Source: Deltaproteobacteria bacterium (GTDB lineage Bacteria > Lernaellota > Lernaellaia > JACKCT01). Taken from it: a stretch of DNA of 64,000 bases. Under the pieces are notes generated by a model that saw only the letters and a program-made list of their open reading frames with translations, was not told where the DNA came from and searched no databases. The stretch spans positions 1 through 64,000 of the forward strand of contig JACKCT010000005.1 in assembly GCA_020633895.1 (NCBI GenBank), written 5' to 3'. This document shows positions 27,723 through 38,254 of the stretch, one piece after another (position 1 is the stretch's first letter; every line of letters begins with the position of its first letter). The position numbers were made by a program, and so were the translations under genes.

Positions 27723-29657
27723 ATGTACAACGAGTTTTTCGGCTTCAAAAAGCTACCGTTTTCGATCACGCCCGACCCCAATTTTGTGTACATGTCCTCG
27801 TCGCACCGAGAGGCGCTGGCGCAGATGATGTACGGGGTGCAGGAGCGCAAGTGCCTGATGGTGGTCTCCGGCGAGGTGGGCGTGGGCAAAACCACGATGA
27901 TCTTCACCCTGCTGTCCCACCTGGAAAAGGACGCCGAGACGTGCATCATCTTCGACACGCACGTCGATTCAAAAAGCCTGTATCGCTATATCTTCGCCGA
28001 CTTCAAGATCAAGGAAAAACCCGAGGACCGGGCCGACGCGACGATCATCCTGCGCGAGCACCTGACGCAACGCCTCCAGGAAGGCAAGCAGACCCTGCTG
28101 ATCCTGGACGAGGCCCACGCCTTGTCCGACGAGATCCTCATGGAGGTCGTCTTCCTGACCAACATGGAGACGATGCAGAACAAGCTGCTGCAGATCATCC
28201 TGGTCGGCCAGACGGAGATCAACCAGGTCCTCACCTCCCACAAATTCCGCCAGCTTCGTCAGCGCATCAATCTGCGCACCGAGATCCGCCCCCTGACCTT
28301 CGACGACACGCGCCATTACATCTACCACCGCGTGCGCGAGGCGGGCCGGGAGGATCCGGAAAACCTGTTCACCGAAGAGTCCATCGCGCTGATCTATCGG
28401 TTCAGTAAGGGCCTGCCGCGCATGATCAACACCATCTGCGACAACTCGCTCTTGGTGGCTTACGCGCGCAAGATCCGCCACGTCACGCCGGAACTGGTCA
28501 AGGAAACGTACGCGGACCTGATGGAAATCGAACAGCGGGCCGAGGGCCCGGGGCCGGAAGCGGCGCAGGCCGCGGCGGCGGACGAGTCGTCCTTCGAGGC
28601 TCCGCCCATGCCCACCGTCGACTCGGAAGGCAATCAGGTGCTCTCCGAGGAAGTCGTCAACCAGACGCAGACCGACGACGAGCAGGTACGCATCGTGCGT
28701 CGCGTGGTGCGCACTCCCGACGGGCGCGAGGTGGTCAAGAAGGTCCGCCAGATCCGGCGCGTCAAACGCAAGCTCGACGATCTGGCCAACGAGGCCTTAA
28801 GCGCCGGTTCGACGGCCGCCGCCGCTTCCAAGAGCGGGCGCATCTCGTCGCTGCCGACGCTCATCCCGCTGCCCGAGGATCTGCCCGAGGTGGGCATTAC
28901 GCCCAACGCCAGCGAGGAATTGCTCGTCGCCATGCGCCACGACAACCCGGCGGCGGTGCGCCAGTATCACCTGCTCTGGAACCGCATCGAGGCGATCAAC
29001 CAAAACGAGGAATGCCGCGCGTTCATCGTCAGCAGTTCCCTGCCCAAGGAAGGCAAGACCATCACCAGCATCAACCTGGCGGCCACCATCGCCCAGGCGC
29101 CGGAGATGCGCGTGCTGCTCATCGACGCGGATCTGCACATGCCTCGCGTGCATGAATACCTGGGGTTGCCCATGCCCGAGACGGGGCTGGCCAATATCCT
29201 GGAAGGCAAGGCCGAGCTGAAGGAATGCCTGATGCGCTACGAGCTGCCGCGCCTGTATTACCTGCCGTCCGGCCAGGTGGAAGGCATGCCCACCGAGCTT
29301 TTGGTCGGCAAGGCGATGGAAAAGCTGCTCGACGAGGTCAAAGGGTACTTTCACTTCATCGTCGTCGACTCGCCGCCGATTGTGCCCATCGCCGATACGG
29401 TGGGGCTGGCGGCCATGGTGGACGGCACGGTGCTGGTGTGCCGCGCCCGCCAGACCAGCAGCAAGGTGCTGATGCAGGCCGCGGAGGATCTCAACGACCG
29501 GCGCATCGTCGGCATCGTGCTCAACGCGTTGGACTTCCGTTTGGCCGGCGGTTATCGCCACGGCTACGGCAAGTACGGCTACGGCAAATACGGCTATGGA
29601 TACGGTTACGGCTACGGGCGACGCAAAGCGGCCGCCGCCGAGGCCAAGACCGGTTAG
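27723..29657 (+). CDS. Fusion protein: N-terminal ExeA/GspA-like AAA ATPase (PEP-CTERM-type EPS 'EpsG-like') and C-terminal BY-kinase (polysaccharide co-polymerase tyrosine kinase) domain with Tyr/Gly-rich tail
   Basis: N-terminus: …VVSGEVGVGKTTM… (Walker A) and …LLILDEAH… (Walker B), typical of the ExeA/AAA_22 family. C-terminus: …SSSLPKEGKTIT… (BY-kinase Walker A), …VLLIDADLHMP… (Walker A', with R→H), …FIVVDSPP… (Walker B), and a tail …YRHGYGKYGYGKYGYGYGYGYG. No TM segment is present. Confidence 0.75.
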   Translation: MYNEFFGFKKLPFSITPDPNFVYMSSSHREALAQMMYGVQERKCLMVVSGEVGVGKTTMIFTLLSHLEKDAETCIIFDTHVDSKSLYRYIFADFKIKEKPEDRADATIILREHLTQRLQEGKQTLLILDEAHALSDEILMEVVFLTNMETMQNKLLQIILVGQTEINQVLTSHKFRQLRQRINLRTEIRPLTFDDTRHYIYHRVREAGREDPENLFTEESIALIYRFSKGLPRMINTICDNSLLVAYARKIRHVTPELVKETYADLMEIEQRAEGPGPEAAQAAAADESSFEAPPMPTVDSEGNQVLSEEVVNQTQTDDEQVRIVRRVVRTPDGREVVKKVRQIRRVKRKLDDLANEALSAGSTAAAASKSGRISSLPTLIPLPEDLPEVGITPNASEELLVAMRHDNPAAVRQYHLLWNRIEAINQNEECRAFIVSSSLPKEGKTITSINLAATIAQAPEMRVLLIDADLHMPRVHEYLGLPMPETGLANILEGKAELKECLMRYELPRLYYLPSGQVEGMPTELLVGKAMEKLLDEVKGYFHFIVVDSPPIVPIADTVGLAAMVDGTVLVCRARQTSSKVLMQAAEDLNDRRIVGIVLNALDFRLAGGYRHGYGKYGYGKYGYGYGYGYGRRKAAAAEAKTG

Positions 29658-29718
29658 CGTCGGCGCCGCTTCGATTGCAAGCGGCCTAGCGACGGACTTC
29701 GATGAGGGAGACGACGAC

Positions 29719-30498
29719 ATGACCAGACGCATCGCGTTCATCCTGGTCGCCTTGATCGCGCTGGGTCTTTTCGCCGGGAGCGCCGCCGCTCAGGTGATTT
29801 CGGGCGAGCAGTTCATCGTCGTGCGATACTACGCCGGCGACGTGCTGGTCAAAACCATCACCGTCACGCCCGACGGCCGCTCGTTGCAGACCGTGCCCAA
29901 CGCGGGCCTGGTGGGCAGCATCGACACGGCCAAGGCCTATCTGGTCGAGGGCAAGATCGAAACGCCCATCGGCTTGGGCGGAGGCTCGACCGGCACGGGC
30001 GGAACGGGCCTGGAGTCGCGCGACGCCTATCTGATCGGCCCGGAAGATCGGCTGGCGATCAACGTCTGGGAAAACGAGCAGCTCACCCGCGACGTCCCGG
30101 TGCGCCCCGACGGGATGATCTCCATGCCGTTGCTGGGCGATATCCACGCCGCCGGCATGACGACCACGGCGCTCAAGAACTACATGACCGAGCAGCTCAA
30201 GCGCTACATCGAAAACCCGGTCGTGACCGTCACCGTCGCGGAGATCAATAGCTACAAGGCTTACGTCCAAGGCAACGTCAACAGCCCGGGCGAGTACAAG
30301 ATTTCCGGCCAGACCACCGTCACCCAGGTCATCAGCCTCGCCGGCGGCTTCAACGAATTCGCCGACCAGGGCAACATCCGCATTCTGCGTCCGGCCAAGG
30401 CGGGCAAGCAGACGATCAAGGTCAACTACAAGCGGATTCTCAAAGGCAAGGACGACGATGAGCGCATCCTTCCCGGCGACACCGTCGTGGTTCCCTAA
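29719..30498 (+). CDS. Polysaccharide export protein, short Wza/EpsA-like (Poly_export + SLBB)
   Basis: The ATG at 29719 with a GGGAG SD gives signal peptide MTRRIAFILVALIALGLFAGSAAA. The …IGPEDRLAINVWENEQLTRDVPVRPDGMISMPLLGDIHAAGMTTTALKNYMT… block is the poly-export domain. The protein lacks the long C-terminal helix of full-length Wza. Confidence 0.8.
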   Translation: MTRRIAFILVALIALGLFAGSAAAQVISGEQFIVVRYYAGDVLVKTITVTPDGRSLQTVPNAGLVGSIDTAKAYLVEGKIETPIGLGGGSTGTGGTGLESRDAYLIGPEDRLAINVWENEQLTRDVPVRPDGMISMPLLGDIHAAGMTTTALKNYMTEQLKRYIENPVVTVTVAEINSYKAYVQGNVNSPGEYKISGQTTVTQVISLAGGFNEFADQGNIRILRPAKAGKQTIKVNYKRILKGKDDDERILPGDTVVVP

Positions 30499-30518
30499 GG
30501 CAAAGGTGGGAGTCCGTA

Positions 30519-31808
30519 TTGCGTTGGATGATTGACCGAGCGGGGCCGGGCACCTTGCGTGTCCTGATGTTGACGGCGGCGCTGCTGGTCGTCGCGCTCC
30601 GTCCGTCCGTCGCCCACGCCACCAAGCTGACTATCTATCCCTTGCTGGCAACCTGGTACGAATACAACGACAACCTGTTGGCCACCGCGGAAGAGTCGGA
30701 CGAGGAAAAGCTCGCCGATTCGTCGATCACCGTTCAGCCCGCCCTGCGCGTGAGGTACGAGTCCGTGCGCACCGAGGCCGAGATCGGCGGCCAGGCGGCG
30801 TTCCAGTGGTTTTTCAACGAGCAGTCGGAAAACGGCCTGCCCGATTTGGTGGAAGGCCACGCGCTCTACGGCGTCTGGCTCACGCCGTCGACCCGTATCG
30901 AGGCCTCCGACGATCTGGGCTTTTTCTTCGACAGCCGCGACACCATCGGAACGCAGTCCCAGGAACTGCTGCAAGTGCAGACGGCGTCCATCACGAACAC
31001 CATCGGCCTGGGCCTGACGCACATCTTCGATCTGCGCAATCAGGTCGCGGGAAAGTACGAGTTCGTGACCAACGAATACGAGGACGAAGATCTGGCCGAC
31101 GTGGTCACGCACCGGCCGACGATCGAGTACGAGCACCGCGTCAGCCCGGTGCATACGATCGTGGTGTTCGGCCGATTCACGCGGAACATCTTCGATCCCG
31201 AGTTCGATTTTCTGCGGCGCATCTGGGATTCGGACGCGCGCATGGACGAGGAGTTCCCCACGGAGCTTCGCACCGACAACGACTTCGACACCTACGTCCC
31301 GGGCGTCGGCTTGGACTACCGCATGACCGCGACGCTCTCCTTTTCGGTGCGGTCGGGCATGATCGTGCCGGCGCGGCTGGTGGACAACAGTTACCAGCTT
31401 GACGAGTTGGAGTGGTATCAGGTCGTCTCGGCGGAGAAAAACTGGCAGATGGTGCGTCTGGGTGTGGGCTACGAGCGCGACTTGGAGCCGGCCAGCGGCA
31501 TCAACACGGCGGTGCTCTCCCAGAACTACAACGCGGATCTCACGGAAGTCTGGACCCGCAAATTCGAGACGAGCCAGAACGCGTACTTCAACCGCGCCAC
31601 CCAACTGGACGGTGATTTCGACACCTACGCCGGGGCGGTCGCGGCCAACTACTACATCGCGCCGTGGATCGGCATCGGCGCGGGCTACCAGCACATCCGG
31701 CAGTATTCCGACCTGGGCGCCGACGACACCGAGACCATCACCAACCGCGCCTTGTTCACGCTCGAAATCTCCACTCCCCAGGCCGATTCCCTCAGCCTCG
31801 ATCTTTAA
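30519..31808 (+). CDS. Putative outer-membrane beta-barrel protein of the EPS export module
   Basis: Signal peptide (…LLVVALRPSVAHA). Alternating amphipathic beta-strand pattern with abundant Tyr/Asn/Asp/Gly. Positioned directly after the Wza-like and kinase genes, as EpsL-type barrels are in PEP-CTERM loci. Fold not verified. Confidence 0.5.
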   Translation: MRWMIDRAGPGTLRVLMLTAALLVVALRPSVAHATKLTIYPLLATWYEYNDNLLATAEESDEEKLADSSITVQPALRVRYESVRTEAEIGGQAAFQWFFNEQSENGLPDLVEGHALYGVWLTPSTRIEASDDLGFFFDSRDTIGTQSQELLQVQTASITNTIGLGLTHIFDLRNQVAGKYEFVTNEYEDEDLADVVTHRPTIEYEHRVSPVHTIVVFGRFTRNIFDPEFDFLRRIWDSDARMDEEFPTELRTDNDFDTYVPGVGLDYRMTATLSFSVRSGMIVPARLVDNSYQLDELEWYQVVSAEKNWQMVRLGVGYERDLEPASGINTAVLSQNYNADLTEVWTRKFETSQNAYFNRATQLDGDFDTYAGAVAANYYIAPWIGIGAGYQHIRQYSDLGADDTETITNRALFTLEISTPQADSLSLDL

Positions 31809-31868
31809 CGTTCCAACAAGCAAAACGGTGACAATCGAACAGAGCGGGTAGGTGCGTCTCGGCACTTA

Positions 31869-31969
31869 TCGTTGTCATCCCGAACGAAGTGAGGGATCTC
31901 TCGTGTGATGAATCGACACGTTTTCGAACATCGAACGAGAGGTTCCTCGTTTCACTCGGAATGACAACG
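31869..31969. repeat. Imperfect 35-bp inverted repeat element (TCGTTGTCATCCCGAACGAAGTGAGGGATCTCTCG … CGAGAGGTTCCTCGTTTCACTCGGAATGACAACGA)
   Basis: Arms about 80 % complementary around a 31-nt centre. The arm motif CCGAACGAAGTGAGGG resembles the TIR of the 18016-18228 element. Lies between the convergent barrel gene and pckA. Confidence 0.55.
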
Positions 31970-31997
31970 ATTTGCGCGGGAACGATACCTCGCCACG

Positions 31998-32022
31998 AAA
32001 AACGCGGGCCTTTCGACCCGCG
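31998..32022 (-). terminator. Rho-independent terminator of pckA
   Basis: Minus-strand hairpin CGCGGG-TCGAAAGG-CCCGCG followed by TTTTTCG, 33 nt downstream of the pckA stop. Confidence 0.65.
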
Positions 32023-32054
32023 TCCGATTGTTCTTCGTTGTTGGCGGCGAAGCG

Positions 32055-33665
<1,611 letters not shown>

Positions 33666-33961
33666 CGGACTCCTCCTCGCGTCGCTGCCCCGCGACGCTG
33701 TGCGACTGCTCGAACATACCCCATCCGACGCGCCGCGTCGATAAGGGTTTTTCCCGCCAAAAGCCTCCACCGGCGCCCATCGGCCGGTGATAGCCGGATG
33801 ATGACGAAAATAGGGCGAGATGGGCAAAAACCGAAACGGGCGACGCCTCGAGCAGGACGTGGATTTTTTATACCACAGGCCGTGGAATACCGCCAAGCCA
33901 ACAGTGCCTTGGAGTGTCGTTTTCCTTGAAGTATCGGGAGGATAGATGAAAAGAGGGGGCG

Positions 33962-34354
33962 TTAGCCCGAAATCTTGGGAACGACGACCCAGCAGCCGTC
34001 GTCCGTGGCCATCCGGCGCGCGTTCCGCGTATCCAACTCCACTCGACAGGCGAAATTTTTGGCGAACGAGCCGCAAGCCGGGCAGTAGCCGTAGACGGAT
34101 AAAATGCCGTCGTGAATGCGTGCCTTGACTTCTCCGTCCCGGTTGAGCATGTCATCCCCGCAACGCACTCGGATCAGCACGTTTTTTCGTTGCTCTTCGA
34201 TCCAGACCACGGGATAAGCGGGGCGTGGCGACGGCACGGCTTCGGCGGTCTTCGGGGCGGACGAACTCCAGTCTTCTTTTAGGTTTTGCATGCCCATCGA
34301 TGTCGGCCATTCCTGGAGGTCGTGCATATTTCGTCTCATCGGCTGGTAGCCCAA
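33962..34354 (-). CDS. Hypothetical small protein with Cys4 zinc-ribbon-like motif
   Basis: …RCGDDM…(24)…CPACGSF…C… pattern. The gene lies between pckA and an AT-rich promoter island. The start codon is ambiguous (several in-frame Met). Confidence 0.35.
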   Translation of the reverse strand: MGYQPMRRNMHDLQEWPTSMGMQNLKEDWSSSAPKTAEAVPSPRPAYPVVWIEEQRKNVLIRVRCGDDMLNRDGEVKARIHDGILSVYGYCPACGSFAKNFACRVELDTRNARRMATDDGCWVVVPKISG

Positions 34355-34360
34355 GGTCGC

Positions 34361-34490
34361 AATGACTGCTTTGGCTATATTAGTCAGTAGGTTTATTAAA
34401 TATGTTAGATAGAAAACGAAACAATGCCATGACCGGCGGTTTTGACCATTAGTCTCGTTAGTCCTTACTCAATAATATTTAAACCTGACA
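34361..34490. promoter_or_regulatory. AT-rich island (about 30-35 % GC in a 65-70 % GC genome): divergent promoter region between the Cys4 small-protein gene and ppa
   Basis: …TTTGGCTATATTAGTCAGTAGGTTTATTAAATATGTTAGATAGAAAACGAAACAATGCC…TTTGACCATTAGTCTCGTTAGTCCTTACTCAATAATATTTAAACC… with TTAGTC ×3 and TTGACC/TAATAT-like hexamers. Confidence 0.5.
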
Positions 34491-34664
34491 GCGCCGGCGT
34501 ATTATCTTTGAGCTTCGACATGGCCTCCCGAGAGACCGGCATTCAGCGCAAATAGAGATATTGGAGCCTTGCCGGCGACCATAGGCGACAGCGAGAAAAT
34601 GGCCTAGAGTGAAGGGGCCGCGTCCGCCCGCGACGAATTTTCCCCGAAAATGGAGGTGTCTTCC

Positions 34665-35222
34665 ATGTCCCATGCCTGGCATGACCTGCCCACGTTCGAA
34701 GGCGGCCGGGACGACGTCTTCGTGGCGGTCATCGAAATCCCCAAAGGCAGCAAGGTCAAATACGAGATGGACAAAGCGACGGGCCTGCTGCGCGTCGACC
34801 GCATCCTGCACAGTTCGGTGATCTATCCGGCCAATTACGGTTTTATCCCCCGGACTTATTGCGACGACGGCGACCCCCTGGACGTCCTGGTGCTGACCAG
34901 CGAGCCGGTGGCGCCCATGTCGCTGGTGGTCGCCCGGCCGATCGGCATGATGCGCATGATCGACCAGGGCAAGCAGGACGATAAGATCATCGCCGTCCAC
35001 GTGAACGATCCGGCCTTCGACGAGTACCAACGCATCGATGAGCTTCCCAAGCACATCGGCCGGGAAATCCGCCGCTTTTTCATCGATTACAAAGCGCTGG
35101 AGGCCAAGGATGTGCAGGTCGACGATCTGTTCGATCGGGACGTCGCCAAGGCGACGCTTGCCGACGCCGTGGAACTGTATGCCCGGGAGAAAGAGCATCT
35201 GCCGGGGTACGGTACGTCGTAG
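34665..35222 (+). CDS. ppa: Inorganic pyrophosphatase (family I)
   Basis: …DDGDPLDVLVL… and …DDKIIAV… signature. The ATG at 34665 is preceded by GGAGGT. Confidence 0.92.
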   Translation: MSHAWHDLPTFEGGRDDVFVAVIEIPKGSKVKYEMDKATGLLRVDRILHSSVIYPANYGFIPRTYCDDGDPLDVLVLTSEPVAPMSLVVARPIGMMRMIDQGKQDDKIIAVHVNDPAFDEYQRIDELPKHIGREIRRFFIDYKALEAKDVQVDDLFDRDVAKATLADAVELYAREKEHLPGYGTS

Positions 35223-35420
35223 CCTTGGCGAAAGTGGATCCGGTCCCCCTTCGCCGGATGCCATGATCGAGTTCCCCCCCCCAAAATAGACGAGAGCCCC
35301 AGCTTATAAGGCCGGGGCCGTCTTGGGCGAGACCCGCGATTTCTCGCGGGCGCTCGGCGGATATCGCCTCGCCGACGTAACTGTTGTCAGAGGTCGGATG
35401 GACGAGGCGGGAAGGTCGGT

Positions 35421-35855
35421 TTACGAGACCTTGACCTCGATCTTCTTGGGCTTGGCCTCTTCCTTCTTGGGCAGCGTGATCTCCAGGACGCCGTCGGTCA
35501 TCTTGGCGTCGATCTTCTCCGGATCCACGTTGTCGCCCAGGGTGAAGCGGCGCAGGAACTTGCCGGTGCGGCGCTCAACCCGGTGATAGGTCTCTTTCTT
35601 CACGTCGCGCACGATCTTGTGCTCGGCCGAGATTTCCAGGACGCCTTCGTCCACCGCAATGTGCACGTCGTCCTTCTTGATGCCCGGCAGCTCCGCGGTG
35701 ACGACCACGGCGTCCTCGCGCTCCACGATGTCCACGCGCGGTGCGAACACCGTCGGTTTTTCTTCGCCGTTGGACTCGAGTCCGCGCCAGAAATTGTTGA
35801 AAAGCTCGTCCACGGCGGTCGGGGTAAAGGGCGTGTTCCAACGTACCAGGGTCAT
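35421..35855 (-). CDS. Hsp20/alpha-crystallin small heat-shock protein
   Basis: …RVDIVEREDAVVVTAELPGIKKDDVHIAVDEGVLEISAEHK…GKFLRRFTLGDNVDPEKIDAKMTDGVLEITLPK is the canonical ACD. Confidence 0.9.
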   Translation of the reverse strand: MTLVRWNTPFTPTAVDELFNNFWRGLESNGEEKPTVFAPRVDIVEREDAVVVTAELPGIKKDDVHIAVDEGVLEISAEHKIVRDVKKETYHRVERRTGKFLRRFTLGDNVDPEKIDAKMTDGVLEITLPKKEEAKPKKIEVKVS

Positions 35856-36014
35856 CTTTCGCTCCTCCTATATGGGCCCCGAAACTTACGGTTCTTGAAG
35901 TTCCGGGTTTGTTGTCTTCGGTTCGTCTCTACGCCAAACAACCTAACCAGCCATCGGGGGCCGTCAAGCGCCGTTTGTTAAATTTTTCACAATAAAAACA
36001 ATGGCTTGAGGGTG

Positions 36015-36042
36015 TTGACAGGCCCCGGGTCGTGGTTATGTT
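36015..36042 (+). promoter_or_regulatory. Sigma-70-like promoter upstream of the EamA transporter gene
   Basis: TTGACA (36015-36020), 16-nt spacer, TATGTT (36037-36042), about 118 nt upstream of the ATG at 36160. Confidence 0.45.
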
Positions 36043-36159
36043 GTTTCTTCTGCGCCCGGTTTTTCCCCCGCTTCCTATGCCGCATTTTCCCGATGGGAAT
36101 CCGTTGACGCTCGATGGCGTCTTTTCATTTGCGGTGCGACGTGTCACAACGCGGCGGCC

Positions 36160-37026
36160 ATGTCCGATCGACTACGCGGTATCGTCTCCATCCTGATCGC
36201 CTGCCTGTTTTTCGCCTCCGGAACGGTCGGCGCGAAATTGCTTTCGGGCACTTTCTCCGGCTCCTACATGGCCCTGGCGCGCTTTGTCGTGGGGGCGGTG
36301 CTGGTCTTCGGGGCGGTGGGGATCACGCGGCGGCCGCTTCGGGTGACGAACTGGCGGGCGTGGATCGGGCGCGGGCTGTTCGGCGCGCTGGCGATGGTCT
36401 TTTATTACGTGGGCATCGCGGCGACCAGTTCGGGCCGGGCGACGCTGCTGCTGGGGATGGCGCCGGCGTTCGTGTTGGTGATCGGGGCGCTGTTTTTCAG
36501 CGAGCAGTTCCGCTGGGGCTATGTGTTCGGGCTGGCGCTGTGCATCGGCGGGGCTTCGCTGATTTTGAGCGATGGGTCGAGCTACCCCCTCTGGGGCGAT
36601 CTGACGCTCCTGGCCGCGGCGCTGATGCGCGGTTTCGCCCTCAACTACATCCGCGAGTTGCGCACCGACGCCCACGACCCGGTGACGATTTATTTCGCGG
36701 TGTGCGTGTTCGGCCTGCCGATGGTGCTGCACACCGCGCCCGAAACGGCGCACATCACCGCTTCGAACCTGCCGCTGCTGCTGGCCGTCTCGGCGATCAT
36801 GTTCTTCGCGCAGATTTTCTTCGCCTACGGCTTCAAGCACACCAGCGCCGTTGCCGCCGGGCTGCTCACTTACCTGGTCATCCCCTTGGCGGTCGGGCTG
36901 TCGATCGTCTTTGTCCACGAGCGGATCACGCCGCGATTCATCGCCGGGGCGTTGGCGATTTTCCTCGGTCTGGTCGGCGCGGCGTGGATGGTGAATCGGC
37001 CGGGCAAGGCGACACCTGCGGACTAG
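36160..37026 (+). CDS. EamA/DMT-superfamily transporter
   Basis: 10-TM protein with two EamA repeats; 288 aa. Confidence 0.8.
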   Translation: MSDRLRGIVSILIACLFFASGTVGAKLLSGTFSGSYMALARFVVGAVLVFGAVGITRRPLRVTNWRAWIGRGLFGALAMVFYYVGIAATSSGRATLLLGMAPAFVLVIGALFFSEQFRWGYVFGLALCIGGASLILSDGSSYPLWGDLTLLAAALMRGFALNYIRELRTDAHDPVTIYFAVCVFGLPMVLHTAPETAHITASNLPLLLAVSAIMFFAQIFFAYGFKHTSAVAAGLLTYLVIPLAVGLSIVFVHERITPRFIAGALAIFLGLVGAAWMVNRPGKATPAD

Positions 37027-37080
37027 CGGCGCCGCAACGCTACACTGACCGAACGGAGCCCCGACCCTGCGACCAATGTC

Positions 37081-37230
37081 GGGCGCCGCACTTTCGCGAC
37101 CCGAAGGTGGAGCGAAGGTGTGATTTTCCCACTCGCGACCTCACCCTTTCAGAGCCGCGCACGGCTCGCCAAGCCGCAGCCTTGGCGAAGGCTGGTTGTA
37201 AGCGGTTGGGTTCGAATTTGTGCGAATCGT
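37081..37230. repeat. Composite repeat: F1 half-copy plus CTTTCAGAGCCGCG plus GCCTTGGCGAAGG module, inverted relative to 18016-18228
   Basis: GGGCGCCGCACTTTCGCGACCCGAAGGTGGAGCGAAGGTGTGA…CCCTTTCAGAGCCGCGCACGGCTCGCCAAGCCGCAGCCTTGGCGAAGGCTGGTTGTAAGCGGTTGG. Lies between the convergent EamA and motB genes. Confidence 0.6.
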
Positions 37231-37243
37231 CTGGTCTCTCAGC

Positions 37244-38254
37244 TTACTCGGTCGCGGCCTCGACATCCCCTTCGGCCTCGGCGGTCGCCTCGGCGACGGA
37301 CTCGGAGGTGACGGTCACGCCCAGGCTCCCCATCTCGCCGGTCGGCACCGTCGTGTCGATAAGCAGACGCGGGTCCACGGGGCGCAGCGGGTCGGGATCG
37401 ATGTCGCCGGGACGGCGCTCCTGCAGCAGGCTTTGGCGCGTCGGCTTCATGCGGATTTCCACGCGACGATTTTCCTGGCGACCGTCGGCGGTGTCGTTCG
37501 AGGCGACCGGGCGCGTGTCGCCCATGGCCGCCGCGCTGTAGCGCGTTTCGTCGCCGGACGCGAGCGCGAGCATGCGTTTGACGACCGACGAGGAACGGGC
37601 CGCGGACAGGGACCAGTTGTCGGCCATGGAACCGCCTTCGGGCGGGCGATTGTCGGTATGCCCCTCGACCGAAACGCTCAGGTCATAGACGGACGCCGCT
37701 TCGGCGATTTTCGCCAGAAGAGGATTGGCGTCGGGGCTGACCTCCGTGTCGCCGGGCCCGAAGGTCAGCGACTCGGGCAGACGCACCCGAATGCCTTCCC
37801 GATCCGCCGAGAAGACGATCTTTTCGTCAATCCCGAAGCGGTTGGTCAGGTCCACCAGGCTCACCCAGGTCTCATCCTCGCCCACACGCTCGCGACGCAC
37901 TTCCTGGACCAGTTGGCCCAGGGGCGTGTTGCCGGTGTTGCGAACGTCGGTAAGGTCCGACGTGGTGGTGTCCGGCTCGGCGGAGAGATTACGGGCGACC
38001 TGGAAGAGCAACTGGATGCTGGGAATGAACGTCGGATTGGCCGGCACCGGCTCCTCGGGCTGGATGGCAGCGTAGACCAGCTCCGAGGCGGCCTGGGAAA
38101 TAGTCCGGGCTTTCTGGTCGTCCAGGGACGACATGGTCAGCAACAAGACGAAGAAGGTGAGCATCAGCGTGATCAGATCGCTGAAGGTCAGCATCCATCC
38201 CAACGGATCCGGGCCGTCGGCGGGGACGATTTTGACGTTCTTGTTCTTGCTCAT
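37244..38254 (-). CDS. motB: MotB-like stator subunit (OmpA-like peptidoglycan-binding C-domain), channel Asp present
   Basis: The N-terminal TM …WMLTFSDLITLMLTFFVLL… carries the conserved Asp. The C-terminal …HTDNRPP…NWSLSAARSSSVVKRML…NRRVEIRM is an OmpA/MotB domain. Confidence 0.8.
   Translation of the reverse strand: MSKNKNVKIVPADGPDPLGWMLTFSDLITLMLTFFVLLLTMSSLDDQKARTISQAASELVYAAIQPEEPVPANPTFIPSIQLLFQVARNLSAEPDTTTSDLTDVRNTGNTPLGQLVQEVRRERVGEDETWVSLVDLTNRFGIDEKIVFSADREGIRVRLPESLTFGPGDTEVSPDANPLLAKIAEAASVYDLSVSVEGHTDNRPPEGGSMADNWSLSAARSSSVVKRMLALASGDETRYSAAAMGDTRPVASNDTADGRQENRRVEIRMKPTRQSLLQERRPGDIDPDPLRPVDPRLLIDTTVPTGEMGSLGVTVTSESVAEATAEAEGDVEAATE

Noticed and set aside
27723-31808. Exosortase/PEP-CTERM system accompanying the EPS genes
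   Set aside because: No exosortase-like polytopic protein (EpsH/XrtA motifs) was recognised. No ORF ends in PEP-TM-basic sorting signals. The resemblance is only to the accessory genes (EpsA/EpsG/EpsF-like).
37190-37230. GGTTCGAAT-like T-arm motifs inside repeats (37205-37230, 18160-18200, 49081-49110) suggesting tRNA genes or fragments
   Set aside because: No acceptor stem, anticodon arm or D-arm could be assembled around them. They are parts of the interspersed repeat modules.
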